The position numbers and the translations under genes were made by a program. Source: Patescibacteria group bacterium (lineage in GTDB: Bacteria; Patescibacteriota; Patescibacteriia; 2-12-FULL-57-11). Taken from it: DNA of 64,000 nt. The stretch lies in contig SCUL01000002.1 of NCBI GenBank assembly GCA_004297205.1, positions 530,893 through 594,892 on the forward strand, in the 5' to 3' direction. A model generated the notes under the pieces. The model did no database searches, had not been told where the DNA came from, and saw only the letters and a list, made by a program, of their open reading frames with translations. Positions 1 to 8,452 of this stretch are shown piece after piece (the first letter of the stretch is position 1; each line of letters opens with the position of its first letter).

Positions 1-547
1 GAATCTTGAACTTGTCCAGGTCGACCCACAGCAGCCCGAGCGGCTTGCGGTCGCCGAGCGCGCGGTTCACTTCCCCGCGCAGCGCCGCGTCGAAGGCCCG
101 GCGGTTGCCGAGCCCGGTCAGCGGGTCCGCGTAGATCTTCTGGACGTACTTGGTGACGTCCCGGACCGTTCCGAGGTAGCCGGCGAGCCGCTTCCGGTCG
201 TCGACCACGCGCTGGACGTTCAGGGAGACGGCGAGGCGCATCCCGTCCGGACGCACCACGTAGGTCTCGTAGTCATCGAGCTCGCCGTGCTTCTCCAGCA
301 TCGCCGGGATCGTCCGGCGGTCCGGATCGCCCCTGCGGTTCGAAAAGAGCCGCAGCACGTTCTTTCCCTTCAGCTCTCCCTCCGGGAGGCCGAACAGCTT
401 CGACACCGCCGGATTCAGCACCTGGATGCGCGCTTTCGCGTCCGTGAAAATCTGCGCATCCGGGCTCTGCATCCAGAGCAGCTCATATACTTCCTGTAGC
501 TGAAGCACCGCAGCCTCCCCGGCACCCGTGAAACCACGGGGTGCCAT
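1..547 (-). CDS. PAS-domain diguanylate cyclase (GGDEF), C-terminus truncated by the window edge
   Basis: The minus-strand ORF starts at ATG 547-545 with GGAGGA about 10 nt upstream and runs off the window. The translation begins MAPRGFTGAGEAAVLQLQEVYELLWMQSPDAQIF (PAS-like) and continues to DPLTGLGNRRAFDAALRGEVNRALGDRKPLGLLWVDLDKFK, the start of a GGDEF domain. It is not in the ORF track because it has no in-window stop. Confidence 0.75.
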   Translation of the reverse strand, partial: MAPRGFTGAGEAAVLQLQEVYELLWMQSPDAQIFTDAKARIQVLNPAVSKLFGLPEGELKGKNVLRLFSNRRGDPDRRTIPAMLEKHGELDDYETYVVRPDGMRLAVSLNVQRVVDDRKRLAGYLGTVRDVTKYVQKIYADPLTGLGNRRAFDAALRGEVNRALGDRKPLGLLWVDLDKFKI

Positions 548-668
548 GCTCGGAGTATCCTCCACGCGTCCTCCTTGAAAATGTAGCGTGTGCCGTCCTT
601 CGTTACGGCGTGCGGAGGATATGCGAAAAGAGGCCTTCCGTCAAGGGAGCGTGCTAGACTTCCCCTAT

Positions 669-1139
669 ATGTACCGCTTCCGGATCCTGGCCGTCGGGCC
701 GCTCCACCACGACTATGCCAAAGAGGCCGCCGCAGAGTACGCCAAGCGGCTGCGCCCCTATGCCAAAATCGAGGTTGAAGAGGTCGAAAAACGCTCCTTC
801 CGGTCACTGAGCGAACGGGACCGGACGGTCGGCGTGGAAGGCGCGCACCTGGTGGCCCATCTGACCAACGACGAGTTCGTGGTGGCGCTCGATGAAACCG
901 GGAAAACCGTGGATTCCCAGAAGTTCGCCCAGCTCCTGAAACGGGAAGGCGAGACGGGGCGCATCGTGACCTTCCTTATAGGAGGGCCGCTGGGCCTGTC
1001 CGCCGAAACGAAAAGCGCAGCACATCTGACCCTGTCGCTTTCCCCCCTTACCTTCCCGCACGAGATGGCCCGCGTCGTACTTCTGGAGCAGCTTTACCGC
1101 GCCATGACGATTCTGTCCGGAAAGACGTACCATTATTAA
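669..1139 (+). CDS. rlmH: 23S rRNA (pseudouridine1915-N3)-methyltransferase RlmH (SPOUT family)
   Basis: The translation MYRFRILAVGPLHHDYAKEAAAEYAKRLRPYAKIEVEEV...FLIGGPLGLS...HEMARVVLLEQLYRAMTI is typical of YbeA/RlmH. The start was chosen at the internal ATG 669 (MYRFRIL) rather than the track start 588. Confidence 0.7.
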   Translation: MYRFRILAVGPLHHDYAKEAAAEYAKRLRPYAKIEVEEVEKRSFRSLSERDRTVGVEGAHLVAHLTNDEFVVALDETGKTVDSQKFAQLLKREGETGRIVTFLIGGPLGLSAETKSAAHLTLSLSPLTFPHEMARVVLLEQLYRAMTILSGKTYHY

Positions 1140-1154
1140 ATAACCCACATATCT

Positions 1155-1397
1155 ATGTTGTTGAATTTCCCTGACGTCATAGCAACGATGATGACCCCGG
1201 ACAACGCCATGTCGTTCCTGGTGGCGATCATCCCATTTGTGCTCATCTGGTCGCTTACCTGGAAAGGGTTGGCGCTCTGGAAGGCGGCGCACGAAGAAAG
1301 CAAACCGTGGTTCGTGGCGCTGCTCCTTCTGAACACCGCCGGCATCCTCGAAATCCTCTACATCTACGTCTTCGCAAAAAAACGCGGGTTGAAGTAG
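1155..1397 (+). CDS. small two-TM membrane protein, unknown function
   Basis: An 80-aa ORF with two hydrophobic helices, followed by a clean intrinsic terminator. Confidence 0.5.
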   Translation: MLLNFPDVIATMMTPDNAMSFLVAIIPFVLIWSLTWKGLALWKAAHEESKPWFVALLLLNTAGILEILYIYVFAKKRGLK

Positions 1398-1402
1398 AAG
1401 CA

Positions 1403-1433
1403 AAAGACGCCCAGCCGGGCGTCTTTTATTTTC
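1403..1433 (+). terminator. Rho-independent terminator
   Basis: Hairpin aaagacgccc agcc gggcgtcttt followed by tattttc. Confidence 0.6.
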
Positions 1434-1440
1434 GGAGGGC

Positions 1441-1524
1441 TGGTGCTCCCGGAGGGATTTGAACCCCCACGCCTTGCGGCATGCGCTCCTAAGGCGCACG
1501 TGTCTACCGTTCCACCACGGGAGC
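1441..1524 (-). tRNA. tRNA-Leu (anticodon TAG)
   Basis: The minus-strand sequence GCTCCCGTGGTGGAACGGTAGACACGTGCGCCTTAGGAGCGCATGCCGCAAGGCGTGGGGGTTCAAATCCCTCCGGGAGCACCA folds as a cloverleaf. The anticodon stem TGCGC/GCGCA carries loop cTTAGGa. It has a long variable arm, a T-loop TTCAAAT and an encoded CCA. Confidence 0.85.
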
Positions 1525-1540
1525 CTCTAGTAATGAAGTC

Positions 1541-1569
1541 ATCATATCCACACGCCCCACCATTGACAA
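1541..1569 (-). promoter_or_regulatory. candidate sigma70 promoter for tRNA-Leu (TTGTCA-17-TATGAT on the minus strand)
   Basis: On the minus strand TTGTCA (plus 1564-1569) is followed by a 17-nt spacer and TATGAT (plus 1541-1546). This lies about 17 nt upstream of the tRNA 5' end. The plus-strand TTGACA at 1563-1568 overlaps it in a divergent region. Confidence 0.35.
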
Positions 1570-1644
1570 ACCGAAAAAAGGGTTAGAGAGTGAAGATAAC
1601 AATTCTTGATCTCTCCGCGCCGTCGCACGCGCGGTACACGCACT

Positions 1645-3852
1645 ATGCGCTTTGTACCGTTTGTCGTTGCGGCGGCGTTTCTGCTCTTCGCCCCCGCGCT
1701 CGCCCGCGCCGCCTCCACGGTCGTTATTACGCGCGTCGCCGCCTACGAGGCGTCCGACCATGAATGGATCGAAATCAAAAACACGGGCGATGCGCCATTC
1801 GATCTCACCGGTTGGAAGTTCTGGGAGGACAACGTGAACCACGGGCTGACCGCCTTCCGCGGTGGCATGACGCTCGCACCCGGCGAGAGTGCCGTCATCG
1901 CCGACGTGGCCGCAACCTATACCACCGACCATCCGGAGTGGAGCGGGATGATCCTCGATTCCAGCTGGACATCGCTCGCGCTTGACGGCGAACCGATCGG
2001 CCTGCGCGACTCGGCCGGAGAGCTCCATCAGTTTACGGATGTGGTCTGGTTGAGCGAGCCGCCCGGAACGGCGGCACCCGCGCCGACAGCGGATGCGCCT
2101 CCAACATCGAGCGCGCCCGCCCCGCAGGGCGGCGAGCTCCTCCTCTCCGAAGTGCTCCCCGCGCCTACCGACGGCGGCGAATGGATCGAAGTGCAGAATG
2201 TCGCGAGTTCGACGATCCGTCTCGACGGCCAGGAGCTGCATGACGCGGTCGGCCGCATCGCGGTGCTGACCGGCGATCTCGCTCCCGGCGCGTACCTGCA
2301 GATCAGCCTGACCTCTGCGAAGCTCAACAACTCCGGCGACACGGTCACATTGCGTTCGGTCTCCGCGGTGCTCGACGAAGTCCGCTACGGCGACGACCTG
2401 CTTCCGGCTCCGGAATCGGGCATCGCGCTGGCCCGCGACGGTGCCGCCTGGACGCTGACCATGAGCGCGACGCCCGGCGCAGCCAACCGCATCACCGCGC
2501 TGCCGAGCGCGCCCAAGAAATCCGCGCCGGCGCGGGTTGGACCAGACACGACGCTGCATCCCGGAAGCATCCTCATCAATGAAATCGCGCCGCGCGAGGA
2601 AGACGGTGACGACTGGATCGAATTCGCCAACCGCACCGACCGCCGCCTCGACCTGCGCGGCTGGAAACTGCTCGTCGGCGCGGACGCAGAAATTCCGCTC
2701 TTCGGAAAAATCAGCGCGGGAAGCCGGATGCTGGTGCGCCTCGGCGGCGACCCGCTGCCAGACAAAGCGCTGCTCTTGCTTGCGGCCGCCGACGGCAGCA
2801 CGCAAGACCAGGTGACGTACGGCCCCTATAGCGACGGAAACGACGCCGACAACGCGCCCGCTCCTGAACTCGGAAAAACGGTTGCTCGTCACGAAGGGCA
2901 GAACACCGAAAGCGACGCGGAGGACTTCTATCTCCCGCGCGCGGCGACGCCCGGCAAGCAGAACATTGCGCCAGAAGATGAAGGGGAGGAGACCATGGTC
3001 ACGACGCGCGCGATCATCATTCCGAGCTGCATCCTCCCAGAAGAAAACGTCGCGGAAACCACGACCGTGCGCGCTGCAACAACTGCCACGCCAAAAAAGA
3101 CCGTCGCGAAAACAAAGACCGTTGCAAAAAAGAAGGGCAGCGCTCCGGCACCCCGATCCGCGTTGCTTGCGGAGATCGGCGAACTCCCGGACAAGTCCAA
3201 AGTGCGCGTCACCGCGACCGTCGTGGGTGCGCCGCCGGCGAGCAGCGGCCGCATCTGGTTCCTCGGTGACGGAGATGCCGGTGCCAAACTCCAGCTGACG
3301 GGAAAACCGCTCATGCTCGCCGCGGGAGAGCGCATCCGTCTCACCGCGACGACCGACTGGACGACCGGTCCGCTCCTGCGCGCGGCATCCGCCGCCGTGG
3401 AACGCATCGGCTCCGCAACCGCCACCGTTCCCGTCACACGCGGGCTGGCGGAGCTCACTTCAGACGACGGGCATCGCCTCGTCGCGGTCCGCGGAGAAGC
3501 CGTGAGCCGGCGTGGCGACGCGGTGACCATCGAAGACGGGACCGGGCGATTGAACATGACCTTGCCGCAAGGCGTTCCCGGACAGACCGGCGATACGTTC
3601 GACGCAACCGGCATCTACTTGGTCGGCGACCCGGGACGGCTGCTCGTCCTCACCACATCTTCTGCGGCAGTGAGCCGTCCCGCGGCTGCCATCCCTGGCC
3701 GTACCGCCTCGGGCGCGTCCGGCCCATCAAGCCGCGACTCTCCGTGGCCGCTCGTCGGCGCGGCAGCGTTGCTCGGCGCCGGAACGCTGCTCCTCGTCCG
3801 CCGTCCGTCGACCGGTGCCAAAGAAACGTCACTCATGCTTGATCACTCGTAA
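1645..3852 (+). CDS. secreted, membrane-anchored surface protein with three lamin-tail domains (LTD)
   Basis: Signal peptide MRFVPFVVAAAFLLFAPALARA. Three LTD signatures are present: EWIEIKNTGDAPFDLTGWKF, EWIEVQNVASSTIRLDGQEL and DWIEFANRTDRRLDLRGWKL. A C-terminal TM anchor (AAALLGAGTLLLVRR) follows. Start chosen at ATG 1645; the track start 1606 is TTG. GGTACAC lies just upstream of the ATG. Confidence 0.7.
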   Translation: MRFVPFVVAAAFLLFAPALARAASTVVITRVAAYEASDHEWIEIKNTGDAPFDLTGWKFWEDNVNHGLTAFRGGMTLAPGESAVIADVAATYTTDHPEWSGMILDSSWTSLALDGEPIGLRDSAGELHQFTDVVWLSEPPGTAAPAPTADAPPTSSAPAPQGGELLLSEVLPAPTDGGEWIEVQNVASSTIRLDGQELHDAVGRIAVLTGDLAPGAYLQISLTSAKLNNSGDTVTLRSVSAVLDEVRYGDDLLPAPESGIALARDGAAWTLTMSATPGAANRITALPSAPKKSAPARVGPDTTLHPGSILINEIAPREEDGDDWIEFANRTDRRLDLRGWKLLVGADAEIPLFGKISAGSRMLVRLGGDPLPDKALLLLAAADGSTQDQVTYGPYSDGNDADNAPAPELGKTVARHEGQNTESDAEDFYLPRAATPGKQNIAPEDEGEETMVTTRAIIIPSCILPEENVAETTTVRAATTATPKKTVAKTKTVAKKKGSAPAPRSALLAEIGELPDKSKVRVTATVVGAPPASSGRIWFLGDGDAGAKLQLTGKPLMLAAGERIRLTATTDWTTGPLLRAASAAVERIGSATATVPVTRGLAELTSDDGHRLVAVRGEAVSRRGDAVTIEDGTGRLNMTLPQGVPGQTGDTFDATGIYLVGDPGRLLVLTTSSAAVSRPAAAIPGRTASGASGPSSRDSPWPLVGAAALLGAGTLLLVRRPSTGAKETSLMLDHS

Positions 3853-3863
3853 CCGACACATGT

Positions 3864-4085
3864 ATGCAGACTGCTGAAACCCGCGTTGCCCCGGCCGAAG
3901 CCCTCCGCAATGACTTCCTGGCCTTCGCCGACACGCTCGGTCTGACCGCCGAGAGCCGCGAGGCCTGCCTGTCCTTCCTGATGGAAAAATCCCGTCAGGC
4001 CTGGATCAACGGCAAGGAGTTCGGCTGGAAGAAAGCCTGGAACTGGAAGCGCGGCCAGAAGGGTGGTGACCGCCCGGCGGCCTAG
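3864..4085 (+). CDS. hypothetical small protein (73 aa)
   Basis: ATG-initiated ORF followed immediately by a strong terminator. No recognisable domain. Confidence 0.45.
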   Translation: MQTAETRVAPAEALRNDFLAFADTLGLTAESREACLSFLMEKSRQAWINGKEFGWKKAWNWKRGQKGGDRPAA

Positions 4086-4091
4086 AACGCA

Positions 4092-4123
4092 ACACACACC
4101 TCCGAGGAGGTGTGTGTTTTTAC
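4092..4123 (+). terminator. Rho-independent terminator
   Basis: Perfect palindrome acacacacctcc ga ggaggtgtgtgt followed by ttttta. Confidence 0.65.
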
Positions 4124-4139
4124 GGGCCTCTGACCTGCG

Positions 4140-4168
4140 TTGACACGGCAGGGCGCCATCCATATACT
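4140..4168 (+). promoter_or_regulatory. sigma70-type promoter for tRNA-Gly (TTGACA-17-TATACT)
   Basis: TTGACA at 4140-4145, a 17-nt spacer, then TATACT at 4163-4168. This lies about 19 nt upstream of the tRNA 5' end. Confidence 0.5.
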
Positions 4169-4187
4169 GGCCCCACAAATCTGCCGC

Positions 4188-4262
4188 GCGGGTATCGTAT
4201 AGCGGCTATTATGCCACCTTGCCATGGTGGAGATGGGGGTTCGACTCCCCCTACCCGCTCCA
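4188..4262 (+). tRNA. tRNA-Gly (anticodon GCC)
   Basis: Acceptor GCGGGTA pairs with TACCCGC. The anticodon stem CCACC/GGTGG carries loop TTGCCAT. T-arm GGGGG TTCGACT CCCCC, discriminator T and an encoded CCA are present. The D-arm is slightly atypical (3-4 bp). Confidence 0.8.
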
Positions 4263-4302
4263 AGAAGAGCGTCCCTCAAAAGAGGGGCGCTCTTCTTGTT
4301 TA
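4263..4302 (+). terminator. Rho-independent terminator after tRNA-Gly
   Basis: Long hairpin aagaagagcg tccctcaaaagagggg cgctcttctt followed by gttt. An inner hairpin ccctc aaaa gaggg lies within it. Confidence 0.55.
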
Positions 4303-4325
4303 CGAGCATGTTATACTGCTCCCAT

Positions 4326-4616
4326 ATGAGACGAGTTCTTATCATAGCCATCTTGTTGGTCCTCGCGGCAGGGGGCGTCCTCTTTTTTGCCGTCCGACCA
4401 GACGCACCCGCATTGCCGGCGACGCAGCCGGACACCGCCTCCGGCGCCGCAGCGGAAGCGTTCGACGTCGACGTGGACGAGATCATCGCACAGGAGACGC
4501 TCAATGCGGAATCGGACGATGGTGCGGAACTGGACGACCTTCCCGACGACGGAACACTGCTCGCCGAAGAACAAGCATTCGGTTCTTTGGACCTCGGCAT
4601 GGTCGCCCCTCAATGA
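4326..4616 (+). CDS. small membrane-anchored acidic protein (97 aa), unknown function
   Basis: MRRVLIIAILLVLAAGGVLFF is followed by an Asp/Glu-rich tail. TATACT lies 8 nt upstream of the ATG (leaderless pattern). The track ORF 4224 start overlaps the tRNA and is rejected. Confidence 0.45.
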   Translation: MRRVLIIAILLVLAAGGVLFFAVRPDAPALPATQPDTASGAAAEAFDVDVDEIIAQETLNAESDDGAELDDLPDDGTLLAEEQAFGSLDLGMVAPQ

Positions 4617-4723
4617 CCTCGCAGACTTGATTCTTTTGGTCGGAGTTGTTATCGTCCGAGCCGTTCTTGGGTACGCGGTGAAAAACGAGGCCACCCCGGA
4701 TAAACCCAAAAAATAGCCTTTCT

Positions 4724-5218
4724 ATGAAGCACGCTCTCCTTCCCGTTTCGCTCGCCGCTCTCCTCTTGGTGGGCGCGGGTTGCGCGTCCGGGGAACCTGC
4801 CGCGAACGCGCCGTCGACGGAGGCGTCCGCGACAAGCACCTCGGAAGTCGTCGCCACCTCGACCCCGGAAACGACCAACACGAACGTGAATACCCCGGCG
4901 CCCAAGCCGACGAACGCGCCGAAGCCGACCACCTCGACCGGCGTGAAAAAGACGTTCTACGTCGAGCTCGACGACAACGGCGCCTATCCGGCCAGCGGCA
5001 CTGCCGCCAAGGGCAGCACCGTGACCGTGACTTTCAAGGTTCGTCCGACCAACGTTTTCTACAACGGCCTCGTCGTGACCAGCAACGCGAACAATCTTGG
5101 AAAAATCGACGCCGGGCAGAGCAAAACCATCACCTTCACGGCAGTCGAAGACGAGACCTTCGTCGCCCAATGGATCACCGGAACGACAAAAGCACGCTGG
5201 ACATTGGTCGTCCGCTGA
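4724..5218 (+). CDS. lipoprotein, unknown function
   Basis: Signal peptide with lipobox (LLLVGAGC). The mature protein has a Thr/Pro-rich linker and then a beta-rich domain. A terminator follows. Confidence 0.6.
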   Translation: MKHALLPVSLAALLLVGAGCASGEPAANAPSTEASATSTSEVVATSTPETTNTNVNTPAPKPTNAPKPTTSTGVKKTFYVELDDNGAYPASGTAAKGSTVTVTFKVRPTNVFYNGLVVTSNANNLGKIDAGQSKTITFTAVEDETFVAQWITGTTKARWTLVVR

Positions 5219-5230
5219 TAAGAACCGAAT

Positions 5231-5253
5231 CCGCCCCGCAAGGGGCGGTTTTT
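5231..5253 (+). terminator. Rho-independent terminator doubling as an upstream promoter element
   Basis: Hairpin ccgcccc gcaa ggggcgg followed by ttttt. It is directly followed by TGgTACACT at 5253-5261 and then ATG at 5268. Confidence 0.6.
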
Positions 5254-5267
5254 GGTACACTGGTGCC

Positions 5268-6377
5268 ATGCATCTGCCGGACATGCCCAAACGGCTCATC
5301 CCCTTCCCGCTCGTCCTCGTGGCCATAACGGGCGCGTTCATTCTGGTCGCCTTGTACGCCGACGTGCGCGGCCGGGAGCGGCGCGCCGCGGAGACGCCTG
5401 CTGCCCCGGTCGCATCGTCGGAAACTCCCGTGCAGACACCCGAACCCGCCGCTGCAACGTCCACCGAGGTGCAGCCGGAGGAGCAGACGCCCGAGCCGCT
5501 CGGCCTGCCGCCCGAATCGCCGACCTCGGACATCCCAGCCGTCGCCGTATTCGATTGTTTACGTTTTGAATATCGGGATAACCGACTCGTGGTAGGGGAT
5601 CGCTTCCTTCACGTGGCCACAAGAAAGCCTGCGCTCGTCGATGAAAAGACGCTCCATCTTCGCTGCAGAACGAATAACGACGTCGTCCGTGCGCCGAACG
5701 GAAAAACCTTCTTTGTTAGCTCTGCTCCGCCTTGGCCACGGGATAGCCGAAACACGCAGCAGCCCGAAACAATCGCCGTCTGGACGGTCTTTGAGGTCAA
5801 CTCGACGACCGGAATCCTTCGCGAAATCGCTCGCCTGCCCGATGCGCATCAGGAATCGGATGATCTGCGCGGGATAACTGTCAGTGACGACGGATCCTTC
5901 CTCGTCGGCGAACTCCACGTGAGGGGTCTCCCCTTGTCGCTGCTGCGCATTGACACGGCGACCGGGGAAATCAAACGCACGCCGGAACACGGCAGCCAGC
6001 AAACGATTCTCTTCACGGCAGATCGCCTCCGCGCGCTCGGCATCGAGTGGCGGTGCGGAGAGGGCGGCGACTGTTTTGAATCGCTCTTCCTGCACCGCTA
6101 CAACCTCGAAACTCAGCAGCGGGTCCGCGTGGGAGAACTCAAAGGGGCCGTAATGGGACAGCTGCCCGTGATGCTAGATGACGGACGCATCGTCGTCCCG
6201 GGAGAAGCGACGCCATTGTTCATCGTCAACAGCACAACCGGCCGGACGGCGCCTATCCGCATGGTCACGACGAAGGTCGACGTGCTCGGCGTCACGACGG
6301 ACGGCACCACACTCGTAGTTTCTGGCCCCGACCTTCCGCTCACCGCGATCCCCGTCGCGGAGTTGCCGAAACCGTGA
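5268..6377 (+). CDS. hypothetical N-terminally membrane-anchored protein (369 aa)
   Basis: The start was chosen at ATG 5268 (MHLPDMPKRLIPFPLVLVAITGAFILV), 6 nt after TACACT. The track start 5097 would run through the terminator and promoter. No recognisable domain. Confidence 0.55.
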   Translation: MHLPDMPKRLIPFPLVLVAITGAFILVALYADVRGRERRAAETPAAPVASSETPVQTPEPAAATSTEVQPEEQTPEPLGLPPESPTSDIPAVAVFDCLRFEYRDNRLVVGDRFLHVATRKPALVDEKTLHLRCRTNNDVVRAPNGKTFFVSSAPPWPRDSRNTQQPETIAVWTVFEVNSTTGILREIARLPDAHQESDDLRGITVSDDGSFLVGELHVRGLPLSLLRIDTATGEIKRTPEHGSQQTILFTADRLRALGIEWRCGEGGDCFESLFLHRYNLETQQRVRVGELKGAVMGQLPVMLDDGRIVVPGEATPLFIVNSTTGRTAPIRMVTTKVDVLGVTTDGTTLVVSGPDLPLTAIPVAELPKP

Positions 6378-6400
6378 CCGCGATGTAGCTTCCTCTCCTC

Positions 6401-6487
6401 GCCTGGGTGGCGGAACTGGCATACGCAGGGGACTTAAAATCCCCAGCCCGAAAGGGATTGTGGGTTCGACTCCCACCTCAGGCACCA
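6401..6487 (+). tRNA. tRNA-Leu (anticodon TAA)
   Basis: Acceptor GCCTGGG pairs with CTCAGGC. The anticodon stem GGGGA/TCCCC carries loop CTTAAAA. It has a long variable arm agcccgaaagggatt, T-arm GTGGG TTCGACT CCCAC, discriminator A and CCA. Confidence 0.85.
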
Positions 6488-6552
6488 AAAAAACTCCATC
6501 AAAAAGGGGTTTTTCTTGTTTTTCACGGTCGCCGCGGCTACAATGACGCCGT

Positions 6553-7593
6553 ATGGAGGCCCTCGAAAACGCCGACAATCGCCTGGTGGCCGGGGACGTC
6601 CAACAGGAAGACGCCCAGATCGACGTCGGCTTGCGGCCGACGACGCTGGCCGAGTTCATCGGTCAGGAGAAGATCAAGGAGAACCTGGACATCTTCCTGT
6701 CCGCTGCCAAAAAACGCGGCGAACCCATTGAACACGTCCTGCTCTACGGCAACCCCGGGCTCGGCAAAACCACGCTGGCCCACGTCATCGCCCATGAGAT
6801 GGGCGCGAACATCAAGGTGACGAGTGGTCCGGCGTTGGAGCGCGTCGGCGACCTGGCCGCGATCCTGTCGTCGCTCGAGACGGGCGACATCCTGTTCATC
6901 GACGAAATCCACCGGCTCAACAAAACGATCGAGGAAGTGCTCTATCCGGCCATGGAGGATTTCGCGCTCGACGTGGTGATCGGCAAAGGGCCGTCGGCGC
7001 GCACCATCCGGCTGGCGCTCAACCGCTTCACCATCATCGGCGCGACGACGCGGCTTTCCCTGTTGTCCGCACCGCTGCGCGACCGCTTCGGCGTCACGCT
7101 GCACATCAGCTTCTACGAGGAAGGCGACATCCGGAACATTCTGGCGCGCAGTGCGCGTCTCCTTGAGGTGACCATCGACACCGACGCGCTCGGCCTGCTC
7201 GCCTCGCGCAGCCGCCGCACGCCGCGCGTCGCCAACCGCCTGCTGAAGCGGGTGCGCGACTACGTGGAAGTGAAGCATGCCGGCATCATCAGCGCGCCCT
7301 TGGCCGTCGAAGCCCTGGCCGCGCTCGACATCGACCCCATGGGCCTCGACGACGTCGACCGCCGTCTGCTCGGGACGATCATCGAAAAATTCAACGGCGG
7401 ACCGGTCGGTCTCTCGGCGCTGTCCGCCGCCACGGCCGAAGAGATCGCCACCATCGAAGAAGTCCACGAACCCTTCCTGATGCAGGTCGGCCTGATTGAA
7501 CGCACGCCGCGCGGCCGCATGGCTACGGTCCGCGCCTACCAACATCTTGGTTTCGCCGCGCCTGCCCGGCCGGCTTTGTTCCCCGCCGCATGA
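6553..7593 (+). CDS. ruvB: Holliday junction branch migration ATPase RuvB
   Basis: Walker [12 protein letters not shown]. The AAA+ and RuvB C-terminal domains are conserved throughout. TACAAT lies 8 nt upstream of the ATG. Confidence 0.9.
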   Translation: MEALENADNRLVAGDVQQEDAQIDVGLRPTTLAEFIGQEKIKENLDIFLSAAKKRGEPIEHVLLYGNPGLGKTTLAHVIAHEMGANIKVTSGPALERVGDLAAILSSLETGDILFIDEIHRLNKTIEEVLYPAMEDFALDVVIGKGPSARTIRLALNRFTIIGATTRLSLLSAPLRDRFGVTLHISFYEEGDIRNILARSARLLEVTIDTDALGLLASRSRRTPRVANRLLKRVRDYVEVKHAGIISAPLAVEALAALDIDPMGLDDVDRRLLGTIIEKFNGGPVGLSALSAATAEEIATIEEVHEPFLMQVGLIERTPRGRMATVRAYQHLGFAAPARPALFPAA

Positions 7594-7835
7594 TCATTCC
7601 TCTGTACGTCCTTGCTCTCGTCTTTCTGGTGCCCGTCGCCGGGGTCGGCATCATGGGCGCGCTCAAAAGCAAACAGCTCTTCGCCTACGGCGGCGCCTTT
7701 TCCGCTTTCCTGGCCACGGCGGTCTTTTGGGGCGGGTTCGCGCTCATCCTCCTCACCACCTGGAGCATGCTCGCGGGCGTCGACTGGACGACGCCGCTCC
7801 TCGACCTCAGCGTCTTCCTGAGCCCGCCCGTGTAA
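7590..7835 (+). CDS. small membrane protein (81 aa)
   Basis: Its ATG overlaps the ruvB stop (ATGA), suggesting translational coupling. Three hydrophobic helices. Confidence 0.5.
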   Translation: MIIPLYVLALVFLVPVAGVGIMGALKSKQLFAYGGAFSAFLATAVFWGGFALILLTTWSMLAGVDWTTPLLDLSVFLSPPV

Positions 7836-7845
7836 ACTCGTCCTT

Positions 7846-8403
7846 ATGCACTACCCGTTCCTCATCACCTGCCACGGCAAGCCGGAAACGCCGATTCTCA
7901 CCCTGCGCGCGCACCCGGTTGTCTTCCTCACCGGCGGCGCGGTTTTCCTGATCCTGTTCTTCGTCCCCTTCGCCGCGGCGGCGCTCCTTCCGGAGCTGAC
8001 TGCAACGCTCTTGGAGTCGACCGTGCTGGGGACGGGCACGGTGCTCCTCGTGTCGCTCTACATGCTCGTCGTGCTACTGCTCGGCTTCAACCATTTCTTC
8101 AACTGGTTTTTCGACATCTGGGTCGTGACCAATGAACGCATCGTCGACATCGACCAGGAGGGCGTCTTCTCCAAGAAGATCGGCGAATTGGAGCTCCACA
8201 AAGTCCAGGATGTGCTGGCCGAGAGCCACGGCGTCCTGGCCACCGTCTTCGGCTATGGCCGGATCAAAGTGGAGACGGCCGGATCGCATACCGAATTCGC
8301 CTTCGACGGCCTCCCCAAACCCTACGCCGTCGCCAAACACATCCTCGAACTCGCCAAAGCCGACGCGCCGCTCCACCAGGGCGAAGCCGCCGCCCAACAC
8401 TGA
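7846..8403 (+). CDS. membrane protein with bacterial PH (bPH_2/YdbS-like) domain
   Basis: Two N-terminal TM helices are followed by WVVTNERIVDIDQ...ELELHKVQDV...FGYGRIKVETAG. TAAACT lies 7 nt upstream of the ATG. Confidence 0.6.
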   Translation: MHYPFLITCHGKPETPILTLRAHPVVFLTGGAVFLILFFVPFAAAALLPELTATLLESTVLGTGTVLLVSLYMLVVLLLGFNHFFNWFFDIWVVTNERIVDIDQEGVFSKKIGELELHKVQDVLAESHGVLATVFGYGRIKVETAGSHTEFAFDGLPKPYAVAKHILELAKADAPLHQGEAAAQH

Positions 8404-8413
8404 AAACACGGAA

Positions 8414-8448
8414 AACGCCCCCGCCGAGGCGGGGGCGTTTCGTTTTCG
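8414..8448. terminator. bidirectional intrinsic terminator
   Basis: Hairpin aacgcccccgcc gag ggcgggggcgtt followed by tcgttttcg. It sits between convergent gene ends at 8403 and 8453. Confidence 0.6.
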
Positions 8449-8452
8449 TGCA

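Noticed and set aside
588-1139. Track starts at 588, 1606, 5097, 10321, 15404, 17520, 32047, 48177, 52647, 57565 and 58236
   Set aside because: These longest-ORF starts run through upstream terminators, promoters or tRNAs. Several are TTG or GTG codons. Internal ATGs with a -10 box or SD, giving typical family N-termini, were preferred.
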